A stretch of 64,000 nucleotides of DNA from Leptogorgia sarmentosa. Its lineage: Eukaryota. The stretch lies in contig OZ210884.1 in the NCBI GenBank assembly GCA_964658305.1, positions 5,456,001 through 5,520,000 of the forward strand, given 5' to 3'. Positions within the stretch are counted from its first letter, which is position 1, and every line of letters starts with the position of its first letter. Shown here piece by piece: positions 11,222 to 23,024 of the stretch. Below the pieces are notes generated by a model. The model had not been told where the DNA came from. It did not search any database and saw only the letters and a program-made list of their open reading frames with translations. A program made the position numbers and the translations under genes.

Positions 11222-14200
11222 ATGGACTTAGAAAAAATTCAAGCCCAGTTGAAAGGCCACATTCGCCAACATCAGGTAGATACATCATAAGTTATCTTTT
11301 AATTTTGCATGTGAAAGTCCTATATAGGCCATAGATTGTGCATATACACCGTAAGACATTTGTCCATATGGAGATTGTCAACTGGCGTTTCATTCGACCA
11401 AAGACAGGGAATTTGCTAACAAACTAAGATATTTTTGTTGTATATATTCTTCCTAACGTATTCTGAAATTTAAAGGGAATAGATATACTTAAAAAGCGTT
11501 ATTTTGGAAAACATAAGGATTGGGTTTTTAACGGGTCGCTTACTACCGGGTTTTCTTGGTTTTCTAGAGGTTAAATATGCATGATAATGCATGATCGATT
11601 TGTAGATTAATATGATATCTACGTTGTATGAAATGACAGCGTTAAGCCATGATCAAGTTATGACATGCATTTTGCGACATTTTACCAATATTTCACGTGC
11701 TTTGATGTGGTGTTTAAATGTTCTTTGTAGATTTTAATTGAAGAAATGAAAAGAGATCCACAGGTGCTGTATTAATGGAGCGCGTTTATAGCAGTTGTGC
11801 TTTCCGGGTGCTTCCGTATTCACAGATTTCTTGCGAAATAAAAAAAAAATCTTAAACTGAACGATAGTTTGTTTTTTTGCAGAATGTTGAAATACAGAAA
11901 AAAGTCCAATTGCTTCAAACTGAATTGGCAACTCTGAGTGAGAAACAAGTATGTTTTGATCACTTATTTTTGATACTGTGAAAATTCAATATTAATAAAT
12001 AATACATGTAACTGGTATAAATAATAATTAATGTGGTTACCATGTAGTTAATTATTGACCAAGCATTAGAGAACATTTTCAGTACAACTATAGAATACCC
12101 TGCAGCCAGGTCTCATTATTTGTTAAAGTAAGCTGGAGCATTCACAAATGCATAGCCAACAAAATGGCAAAACTAGCATTGAAAGGGAGGACTGAGGGGA
12201 GGTCAAGGTTATCACTGGAAATGAATTGAATCAGGACCTAGCCCTGCCCTGTCCATGAAATGAGAAGGTTACAAGAGTAGAAAGATGAGATTTGGTATAA
12301 GCCAGCACAACTTAACAGGTTAACATATAATAACAACAATTAAGAAATTTGATACATATATGAAATCACTTAGGGAGGGAGGGAGGGAGGGAGGGAGGGA
12401 GGGAGGGAGGGAGGGAGGGAGGGGGTTGGGGGCAAAAGCACACCGCACTGCTTGGTTTAGTTCTCCAAGTCGTACTTTCCAATCCAGAATGAAATCTTAA
12501 TCAACCTTTTCATGATCCTGGGTAGACATTTAATTCTGGATTGATTGTGGAATAATACCGTTGTGCATATTCCTCAGAACCACTTTAATAAGTTAGTAAA
12601 TATTACAGCAAAGTGCTGAATCTTCTGCAGTCTAACTGTTGACATAAATCAACATCAGACATCCTGACAATTAATGCGGAGTGATAAAGTGGCTAAGACT
12701 GTAGTGCATTTACAGTTTATTGAAATATGATCTATCCTGCAAAAAACCTTCCCAGAATTGAAAAAATTCTTGAGAAATTTCTCAATGAAATGATAATAAT
12801 TTCAATCCAGGATCCTGCCAGGATTTCACAAAGGATTTCACATTTTTCACCAGGAAATGGAACTAAATTGAAACTAAGTAGGATCACAGCTTGTGTTTAC
12901 ACTGGCAGCATAAAAATACGGATGCACAAGTTTATAAGTTATTCAACATCTTTTTCTCAGCATAACCTAAGCTCTGGTATGCACCAAATTATGTTCTTAA
13001 TATCATTGTTGTCAATTTCCTGGACGCTGATTGGCTAAAAAGCTTCAACAACTGTGCAAATTAAACATTAATTGCACAGGTAATTGCACAGGTGTGCAAA
13101 TTAAACTTAATTGCACGGTTTCGAGCCCGCGATACATTATAAAAACAAATAAATAAACGCTTATCAACGCTAAAATTCTTGTTTTTTTTTGTCATTTATT
13201 GTCATTTATTGTCAACTTTGGACAAAAAAGTTTAGTGAACGTGTACTACAATGATATTAATTTCGCCAAACACGCGTGCAATTTTTCATTAAATACTTCT
13301 CGAACCGTGTAATTTCCTATACATATCTATTATGAACAGCAAACAATTTTAAATTGAGTTGGTAAAACGTTCTGTTGACTTTTAATGTCATACAATACAG
13401 TAAGCACAAAGCATTTGCGGTATAGATATTTAAATACGGCATCTGTGGATAAAAAATTTATAAAATTGGGATTTCCTGTGGCATTTCTAGTCTTTCTGGG
13501 GCAGTAGAACATTTTCGAAAGAATTTTGACTTGAGAAAAGTATAAATTAACTCACCCTAGTTGCTTATTGCCTCTTATCCAGGCAAGATCTTTATAAATA
13601 TAAGGCGCAATAACCTTCCAAGATTATTCGAAATTGAGTAAAATTCTTTAAATTTTACCCCCAGCTATACAAGGTAGATCATGCTGGTATAGATCACTTC
13701 ATATTTTGCAGAAACACGTTGTACAACAGTTAAAACAAAATATTCAACCAAGATCAGAAGTCTTTTCTCATGAACAAGAATTCCCTGCAACCAACCATCA
13801 TGTGAGTACTAATACCGTTATTTATACGTCATGTTTTAACCTCCGTTTTGTTTGAATATTTATTTATTTCACTGGACAAAACAGATGTTAATGGTCTATA
13901 GCTATATACCTTGCGATAGCCTGTTGAGAACCACTAAAGTCTGTTTTCCACTAGGCGTGAATTAAGAGAAAAAAGCAATTTGATTGCCTGACACTAACGA
14001 CATCACCACCTAATAACATTCACTTTTTGTTTTTGGAAAACGAGCTTAATTAAAGCGGGCAAAAGATTTTTACGCCATGTCCGCTTTCTATTCCAACAGA
14101 GCATAAATTTGCCATTTGGACTTGCTACAAGTCGACTAAGCATATAAATTCAATGAACAATTAAACTTGCTAGCCTGTTTAACCTATACAGTAAATGGTG

Positions 14201-17200
14201 TTGGTACAGCCACTGTTAAGTTACATTTGTAACTAAGTGGGCTTCGTACTATGTTTATTCATTAGGTGAAACTTAATGTGTTCATTTTTGATGGGCAAAA
14301 ACAAAATCTGAATTTCTTGCTAAAAATGAATTCCTAGATAATAGAGGCAGCAAGTGATTCAAGAACGGACTTTTCAACAGGAATGTCAAATCACAAAGGA
14401 AAGGCAGTTCCAAATAGACCGTCGATGTTGGCCACGGTTCGACAAACTAACTTCAATAACCAGGTATTGCAGTTCACTGAAATTTCAAAGCTACACCATT
14501 GCAAACAACCAATTGATCTTAAACAATTATTGAATGAGGTCGAGTACGATATGAGGAATTATTAAGGATATGGGGAATTATATGCTGAATTATTAATAAT
14601 TCAGCTTATCCTACGAGAACCGAATTTAATAATTGTTTTATCATTTATTTGTATCTTTATCGGACTTGTGCACAAGAACAAGATTCATCTATGCCATTTA
14701 TATTTTTCAGCTTTTGGTATAAGCAGCATAAATTAGTCTACGTCATAATGTCATAGAATTTTCAATATACGACATAATTACGTCATAATGTCGTATATTA
14801 CGATTTCACCCACTGCTCTTAACCAATCAAAACTCCTGAATTATTACAAAAGAATAATAATGTATATTATTCAACAGCACGGAAGCCCTATTTCACCTCC
14901 TACCACAAAATTCATTCCAAACATCACACAAAATAACATCGTTCACCTGAAGGAAGATCGTGAAGTTCCGAATAAGCCAAATACGGTGACGACCGGAATG
15001 CACACACTACCGACTAGTAAGATAGAAAGACTTATCTTACCAAAACCTGAAGCAAAAAGAGCACAAGTCTCTCTTGGAATAAAAACTAGTAAACCTGTTG
15101 AACAACAAAGTACAGGAAAACAGAATGCTGAGGTACGTACGCACTGTAAAGTACTGAGATTATACTAACTCGAAATTTCTATGCGATGATAGTTGAATGA
15201 GAGATATAACCTCGTAGAAATTGAGAATTATTTAACTAAACGTTACAAACGGAAATATATTAGAAAGAAAATTGATGTGCAAGAACTATTAGAAAAGCAA
15301 GATAGAAAAACATTTGGCAAGGTGGAACGACTTGAACAACATCCTTTAAGGAACTTGTTTCCAAAATATAAGAACACTAAATACAAACTAAGAAATAGAT
15401 CTAATTATGATCATCAAAGATTACCACAGATCGTTTTAAAAATTCTTATATTAACCGTCTTGTTTTTAAACATAATCTAGCATTGTAATATATGTATATT
15501 TTCGTCCATTTTAATCCATGTAACATAAGATATGTATTAGTTTTATCTTATGATGAATAAAGACTATTATTATTATTGTTATTTAAATTCTCCTTACTAT
15601 TCCCCTCTGCCATTTTATATATTTTGATCGTTAAGGCCCGGTCAAATTTCAACTCAAGATCAACTTTCATCCTAGTTTGACCCGAGCTTAGGCAATGTGA
15701 ACTGATAGAGTTTTTTTTGTAGAAACTCAACTTTCTCTCCACACTTGGTCTCATCACAGTATCCAAATGTCGAGGTGAGTCAATTTCTTTCTAAGGACAC
15801 ACTGCCAAGTACAGTACAGTACAGTACATGCATGGATAATTCTGAACTGTTCCCGGTCAGTGGCGTAACGGAGGGGTGTCAGGGTGTCCAGTGACAAGGG
15901 CCCCCCGAACTTTTGGGGCCCATGACAAAATGAGCATAAAAAATTGATAGCACATTTCTGGAGAATTCAAATACGAAAAACAGACAGATAGGCAGGTGCC
16001 GGTGGAGTTGCCTATTAATTGGGACTTACGGTGTATCCTTTACCTGTTCTTTGGAAGAGAGAAGCGAAATTCATTAAATTCAAATTCGGGTTCGAATCTA
16101 TTCTGTAACAAAGTGAGGTTTGCCGTTGTGTAGACATAAGTGGTAAATTCAGCCTATTAATTAGTGGAGCAAGGGGGGCCCCAAAGTGGTCGACTGTCGG
16201 AGGGCCCCCAGAGGTTGCGTTACGCCACTGTTCCCGGTTGAAATTCACTCTAAATATGTAGGAAGTTTCAAATATAGTTGCCTTATTTTCAAATCGCTGG
16301 AATACCCGTCGTTTCACGATGTCTTATTTTTTAACCACACTATAAACAACACAGTCATTTTTTCCCCGTAGAAATCAATTCTCAGAAAAGCGAGCGACGA
16401 AGGAGAACAAGTGCAATATTTTCACCTTACAGTTCTTTCCAGTTCTTTGATGAAGTAAGATCTTAAATATAATGGTCGACATGTTTTGTTTAAATTTGAT
16501 GACACGCAAGATGATCTGCAGTATGTTGCGCAATACAAGCATTTTCTTACTTGAGAAAATTAAGAATTATATTGCAGAATTTTGTTGTGTTACATAAAAA
16601 TATTTATTAAACTTTTAGCCAAAACGACCAACAAGTGGGATCAAGAGAGGGCGAGGTATGTCAGAACTATAATTATAAAGCATTGCGGCTGATGAAAGAC
16701 ATCGGTTTTTTTACTCACCTTGCATGGCCGTTGGTTTTTATTTCGCCTCGGGAAACATCAACAGTCTTGGGTTCAGAAAACATACTGTTTCTCTCCGGCC
16801 CAGCCAATAAGTGTTAATTATTATATACCAATCGTCAAAGTTTCTCTTTTCTTGTGTCTAATTGGCCGAAAGCGTATCACGTGCGAGCGACGAAACTAGG
16901 CCGTCTGTCTCACATCAGTTCACCTGGGGCGGAAAATAATCACGTGCGCCATCATGTGAAGACGCGACCTTTGGAACTTATAATAATAAGATATCACGTG
17001 TCTTTTGTGGTTTCCGTTTCTGGTTCATCGTACACCTGGAATATCAATGACACAACATTTCAACGTGTCACGTACACGACGTTTGAGCAAAATAATCATG
17101 ATTTTCAACGTTTTGACACTGCTTCTGTACTTCATTGGCGCAATTATAGTTTGTTTTATTTGCTTGGTTTTATCTTTCATGCTATACTTGCATTACATTC

Positions 17201-20200
17201 ACAAAATCAACGCTCATTTGCCTGGACCACCGCGTCCAAGCTTCATACTTGGTAACCTTGCTGGCTATCTGAAGTACAAGGAGGCGACTGGTGGAACTTT
17301 TACAGAATTTGAAACGGAAAACCAACTGAAATATGGGCCAGTTTTTTTGATGACGTATCTTCATAAATGTGTGGTGTTCCTTGGCGATCCAAACTATGTG
17401 AGAGAAGTATTCGTTAACAACAATAAACTTCTATACAAACCACCTTTTGTTTATAATAAATTGGCATTCATATTTGGTGAGAGAGGTATGGGGATATGGC
17501 TTAGTTACCAATCATGACGAAGTATCATGGCGTAAGCGACGGCACCTGACGAACCCTGCATTTCACCGGAAATTCTTGAAAGATTTCATCAGCAATTTTA
17601 ATGATGTATCCAGTCGATTTCTAACACACATGGGTAAAATAGCTGATGTTGGTAAGCCTGTCGGTATGGTTCAAGAATTTGGCAAAGCCACACTTGATGT
17701 TATAAGTAAAGTGTCATTTAATATTGATACCAACGCAATTGAAGACCCTGAGTCCCCATTTCCTTCTGCAATTCGCAACTACCTCCTTGGGGTACAAGCA
17801 AACCTTGACATTCCTCTCAGCTCACAGTTTTTGCAGATATTTCAATTTAAACCATTCCAAACAGACAGCCAAAGAGTTCAAATAGATGCAGTTCGATTTC
17901 TCCGACATTTCGCCCTGGACTGCATTACAACTCGAATGGAGGACATGGCTGAAAATAAAGATGTCCCTAATGATTTGCTGAGTCTTTTGATTAATGATGG
18001 TAGTTTGACCAAGGAGGAAATCATTGATGAATTCATAACAGTCTTTATTGCTGGCCAAGAAACAACAGCAAGCTCTCTGGGTTTTGTGTTATATAAAATT
18101 CTCAGCAATCCTCATGTTGAAAGAAAACTTTTGAATGAAATTGATGAAGTGCTTGGTGAACGAGAAGTTGTTGAATTTGATGACTTGGCAAAACTCAAGT
18201 ACCTTGGTCACGTTTTGGAAGAAAGTCTGCGATTACACCCAGTTGTACCGGCACCTATCAGAATTTTGAAAAAGGAGATCACAGTTGGAGGCTATCGGAT
18301 ACCCAAAGGAAATGCGATTGCCACTAAGTCGATGATGTTTGCTATGAACCCCAAGATTTGGAAAGATCCTGAAGTTTTTGATCCAGAAAGATTTGCAGAT
18401 GGTGGAAACATCCCAAATTTAAGGATGATGCATTTTCCATTTTCTGTTGGTCCTCGTAATTGCATTGGACAAACATTTGCAAAGTTTGAGTCCAAAGTTG
18501 TACTTGCACGACTCTTTCAAAAATTTCGGTTCAAACTTCTTCCTGGTCAAACTGGTCGAATGATGGGCAGGATGACTTTGACTCCTCGAGATGGAGTCAT
18601 GTGTGAAGTGAGAAGACACAACAGATGATATGGTGATGAATAGGCAGTAGGAAATATTGAACATAATTGTTACAATAAACTGAATTAATATCTTCAATAT
18701 ACCATAAGACTACTGCAATGTTTAACGGATTAACTTTTGTATTTAATATTACTATTACTTTTGTATTTATATATTTACTCATAGGGAGATTTGTGATTAG
18801 TTGAATTGACAGGAAAGACTTTCTTATAGTTATGTGACTACTGTGTGTAGTAGTTATATATGTGATTTTCAGAAATCTTTAATAAAAATGTTTTGCACGC
18901 GGAAGAAAAACAGACGAGTGAGTGGACAGCTTGTGATGAAAGTGGCGCTAAAAATTTACCAGAATCGTCTAACGAATTAGTATGTGTAAACGTACCCCTT
19001 AGTCGGAACTCGGAATATTCACACTTCCTTTTTTCAATTATCAGGTCGTCCAACGAAGAATGGCGACAGTAGTCTGAAATCCCCGATATCACCATCTCCC
19101 GTGTTTGTTCCTATCAATGGTTTCAAACCTTCGAATCACGAAGATCCGTCACTCAATCAAACATCTGTTCCATCAGAGACTTCACCCAAGGTTTGCACAT
19201 TACTTCTGTACCAGCATACACTCCAGAAGGCTTCCTTTGATTCTTTTCTGTGGCGCATGGGGAGAGTATCAGAACTTAGGGATTTTGTTAGCTTCGGGTG
19301 TAGCAGGCGTAGTTTAGAAAGCCGGCCAATTTGGTCACTAAAGTCTCTGATGTGGCGCCAATGCGTTGCGTTATTCTCAAACAACCCATTGTAATTTTCT
19401 TGTTCAGGATGTGGAACATGAAGATCACTGTGCTGTATGTCAACAAAGTGGCGAAGTATTGATGTGTGATACTTGTATCCTTGTCTATCATTTAAAATGT
19501 CTTACGCCACCACTGACGTCCATTCCAACTGGAATGTGGATATGCCCGAAATGTCAGGTAAACACACATTTAAGACAGCTCGGTATAGCTGAAGCCCACG
19601 TTTAGAGGATACAGCACAATTTTCCACAACTTCAGGACCAACCATTCTACCGAACTAGGAACATTTTAAGCAACACCGAGAGTTCTTATTTAATACATAA
19701 GTTTGTTGTATTAATGTTGTGTTATAGGAAAGTATAAAAAACAAAGAACCAATGGAATGGCCTGGTACTTTGGCCGTTGCACATTCTTATCTCAAACACA
19801 GAGCTGGTAAGTGGTCAGTTATAGAAAAAGATCGTAGACAATGCAAAAGACAGCTGTTCTGAAACAAGTTCGTCTATGATCAGGATAGGGTAATAAAAAA
19901 GGCGCTTAAAATATGTAGGGACGGTTTGAAAGGCACTTTTCATCACTTTTCCGAGACTAAAGAAAAGACCTTCTACTTTCTGCAGAGAAAGACAAAGAAA
20001 AACAAAAATTACTGAATCGAAATCAAGAACTAAAACTACAGAAACTAGAATTACAAAGAAAAGTCAATGAGTTGAGCAGCGCTATAGTGGTGAGTACTCG
20101 CATGTTGAAAAGAACTTCAATATGTAGTCAATGTTAGATGTAGTGGATAGTATTACTAGTTTTTGGCACTTGTTTCAAGTAGAAATCCTTTTGAACCAAA

Positions 20201-20495
20201 CTATCGCATTCCTATTTCCTCATGAAAGATCATTTAATTTGTTTCCAATATAAGGACATTTGTGAACTTGTATACAATGAAATATTGATAATATTGACAC
20301 CAAAAGATAATTTGGCTTAGAATAAGACAAGTGTCGGGAAAAAATCACACTTTGTATGAATTTTAATTTTCCCAATTTGAAAACTACTTGCAGACTCAAA
20401 TCCAGAAGAAAACAGAAATTGTGGAGAAGACAAGACAGGCTCAAGAAAAACTACAAAAGTTGAAGAGATTTATTCATGTTGTTCATTCGTCATAA
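11222..20495 (+). CDS. PHF21A: PHD finger protein 21A (BHC80)-like, about 458 aa; exons 11222-11275, 11731-11763, 11883-11948, 13712-13801, 14338-14463, 14878-15132, 15723-15774, 16372-16454, 16619-16655, 19045-19190, 19408-19557, 19728-19806, 19986-20089, 20394-20495
   Basis: N-terminal coiled coil [75 protein letters not shown]-hook KRGRGRP; PHD finger [41 protein letters not shown]-terminal coiled coil; all junctions GT..AG and in phase. Confidence 0.92.
12373..12432 (+). repeat. (GGGA)n microsatellite with G-quadruplex potential, PHF21A intron 3
   Basis: About 12 perfect GGGA units. Confidence 0.95.
12997..13321 (+). mobile_element. Dispersed repeat, copy 1 (non-autonomous element)
   Basis: High-identity inverted copy at 26903-27177. 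Confidence 0.85.
14521..14862 (+). mobile_element. Hairpin-headed non-autonomous repeat (aacaattattg.atgagg family)
   Basis: Same head and hairpin as the element at 22382-23024, more diverged. Confidence 0.55.
15170..15580 (+). mobile_element. 5'-truncated 3' end of a non-LTR retrotransposon (LINE)
   Basis: Degenerate ORF2 C-terminus ..[21 protein letters not shown]../..[19 protein letters not shown], then AATAAA and a (TAT)n tail at about 15555-15580. Confidence 0.7.
15858..16230. mobile_element. hAT-type MITE in PHF21A intron 7
   Basis: Perfect 13-bp TIR CAGTGGCGTAACG / CGTTACGCCACTG; perfect 8-bp TSD TTCCCGGT at 15850-15857 and 16231-16238. Confidence 0.93.
17098..18628 (+). pseudogene. 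Intronless CYP46-like cytochrome P450 nested in PHF21A intron 9, with one +1 frameshift (pseudogene or assembly error)
   Basis: ATG 17098; GGGG at 17490-17493 where the 24731 paralog has GGG; otherwise complete with AGQETT, EESLR, PERF and [10 protein letters not shown]. Confidence 0.85.
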
Positions 20496-20750
20496 ACAAA
20501 GATATATTTTTGAAAAGTAGATTCATATTATACGGAGACAGAGACTTCCAGGGGATTGTTGCAGTAAGCATAGCAATGGGGAACTATATTGATTACTGGA
20601 TGCATGCAGAACCGGAGTTAAACACCCATTGAATCATTGTAGCCATTTTGGATAAATTTGAAAAAGCGTTCATACGTTTCGAATTATCCACCATGGCGAA
20701 CCATGCATGGTTGTAACTTTTAGATCATGGTTCCACTGGGATCGAGTCTA

Positions 20751-21046
20751 AAGGCCGGATCAAACGAGACACAAGCCATCGCAAGTTTTAACTTCTGAAA
20801 TATGAGAATGAGGGAATGAATGATTAGATAAAAAAATGTGAATAGTTTAAAGCACAAATACCTTGTGAAAAGCTATGAATGGTTTTCTTGTATTATCCAT
20901 GTAAAGAGTATGTTTTACATTTGTCTTTTAAACGATTTGTCTCCGTTGCCCGCTTATCCGACATTTTTCAAATCATTTTCTACCTCATTTCCATGGCCCA
21001 GAAGTTAAAACTTGCGATGACTTGCATCTCGTTTGATCAGGGCTTA
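20751..21046. mobile_element. MITE with about 45-bp TIRs downstream of PHF21A
   Basis: aggccggatcaaacgagacacaagccatcgcaagttttaacttctg vs cagaagttaaaacttgcgatgacttgcatctcgtttgatcagggct. Confidence 0.8.
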
Positions 21047-21685
21047 CTGGTGAATTAAATCATATAATATGGCTTACTAGCGAGAAGATTCCAGTCCCCT
21101 ACTCAATTGTAATTGCCATTCCATTGGGGGGGGGGGGGGGAGGGGGGGGGGGTAGTTTTCCTGGCGGCCACTCCATCTGAACAAAAGAACAAAATTCTTA
21201 TTGGCCTTTGTCTCAGTTTGTGCAAAAAATCCACGGTTTATCGTCGCGTGTGTAACTCTGGAACAACCACACAATGGCAATGTTCTCCAAAGAAAGGTTG
21301 ATTCTTTGAAAAAAGCACGTAACAACTGATAATTTTATGCATGATGCAAGGCAATAAAATCGTTTGTCAGTGACAACCTTCGGACTTTTTCCAAATTTTT
21401 ATTCAACATTGTTGAGCCGACGTTCGACAGTTGTTTAAGGATTATGGGGTTTTGTTTGAAAAATATTGAGTGGCCGTATTTAATATCTAAACAAGACTTG
21501 TTTATAAGAGTGAAGGACATGTTCACGTCATCTCCTGTCCACTCGTGTATATATATAGCTACTGTTGTTAAAATTGATTCACGTTAAAAATAAGTTTTGC
21601 AAAATGTTTGTCATGTATAACTGCTTATTACAATGTTCACGCTGGAACTCCTTAATGTACAGGCGATGATATTTTGCATTAGTTG

Positions 21686-21822
21686 CACGGATGTCCTGTT
21701 TCACCTGCTACCATAAAATTCATTCCAAACATCACACAAAATAACATCGTTCACCTGGAGAAAGATCGTGAAGTTCCGAATAAGCCAAATATGGTGACGA
21801 CCGGAATCCAGACACTACCGAC
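21686..21822 (+). pseudogene. Duplicated fragment of PHF21A exon 6
   Basis: Close match to 14878-15014 ([37 protein letters not shown]). Confidence 0.9.
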
Positions 21823-21961
21823 ACAGTATACCGATACAGTAGTCCAACTCATTGTTTTTTTGTAAGCTGTATTTGTCACTCAGCAAGTGCCCTAAACAGA
21901 AGCAGTCACCCCCTGGCAATACTCAAAATGAATAATACTCAGGAATATCTATCTATCAGGA

Positions 21962-22356
21962 CTATCAGAATTTTGAAAAAGGAGATCACAGTTGGAGGCT
22001 ATCGGATACCTAAAGGAAATGCGATTGCCAGTAATTCGATGATATTTGCTATGAACCCCAAGATTTGGAAAGATCCTGAAGTTTTTGATCCAGAAAGATT
22101 TGCTGATGCTGGAAACATCCCAAATTTAAGCATGATACATTTTCCATTTTCCGTTGGTCCTCGTAATTGTATTGGACAAACGTTTGCAAAGTTTGAGTCC
22201 AAAGTTATACTTGCACGACTCTTTCAAAAATTTCGGTTCAAACTTCTTCCTGGTCAAACTGGCCGGGCAGTGGGGAGGATGACTTTGACTCCTCGAGATG
22301 GAGTCATGTGTGAAGTGAGAAGACACAACAGTCAACAGATGATGAATAGGCAGTAG
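21962..22356 (+). pseudogene. 3' fragment of CYP46-like P450 (PERF and heme loop only)
   Basis: Homology to the nested copy starts abruptly at ctatcagaattttg; lacks I-helix and ExxR; original stop lost; downstream flank 23039-23167 matches about 18661-18805. Confidence 0.9.
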
Positions 22357-22381
22357 GAAACATTGAACTCTTTAGTAATTT

Positions 22382-23024
22382 TTAACAATTATTGGATGAG
22401 GTTTTTGTGATATGCGGAATTATCAAAGTCGAGGACTTGAGGTAAGCGTTATCATATAAGCGATAATTTTGCATATCACAAAAACCAAATTCAATAATTG
22501 TTAATTATCTGCTAGCAGATAACTAATTAGATACAAAATGAGCCTGTTTTCAGTATGGTTTCATAAATAAACTTGTTTATATGTGTTTTATTATACATTG
22601 TAGATGGTAAAAGCAATCTGATTGGCTAAGAGCATACAGTTAAATCGCGCAATCACGCAACCCACAGGAAATCCAGTTATTTGAGTTATTATACATTGTA
22701 GATGGTAAAAGCAATCTGATTGGCTAAGAGCATACAGTTAAATCGCGCAATCACGCAACCCACAGGAAATCCAGTTATCTGCTAGCAGATAACTAATTAG
22801 GTACAAAATGAGCCTGTTTTCAGTATGGTTTCATAAATAAAGTTTTTCATGCGTTAATACTTGGTTTATTATTCTTCAAATGTATAATAAAACAATTATT
22901 GAATTCGGTTTTTGTGATATGCAAAATTATCAAGGTCTCGGTAATGGTTAGGGTTAGGATAATAACGCTTACCTCGACCTTGATAATTGTGCATATCACA
23001 AAAACCTCATCCAATAATTGTTAA
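22382..23024. mobile_element. Composite foldback element inserted into the duplicated P450 3' flank
   Basis: About 50-bp near-perfect TIRs ttaacaattattggatgaggtttttgtgatatgc; each end is itself a 120-130-bp hairpin; internal direct repeats 22505-22570/22776-22841 and 22588-22680/22687-22778; absent from the homologous flank at about 18660. Confidence 0.85.

Noticed and set aside
11250..11645. Apparent weak terminal inverted repeats
   Set aside because: The left arm is PHF21A coding exon 1 and its donor; similarity is too weak
21928..22356. 142-aa stand-alone P450 protein
   Set aside because: The ATG comes from unrelated upstream sequence; lacks membrane anchor, I-helix and ExxR, so it cannot fold as a P450
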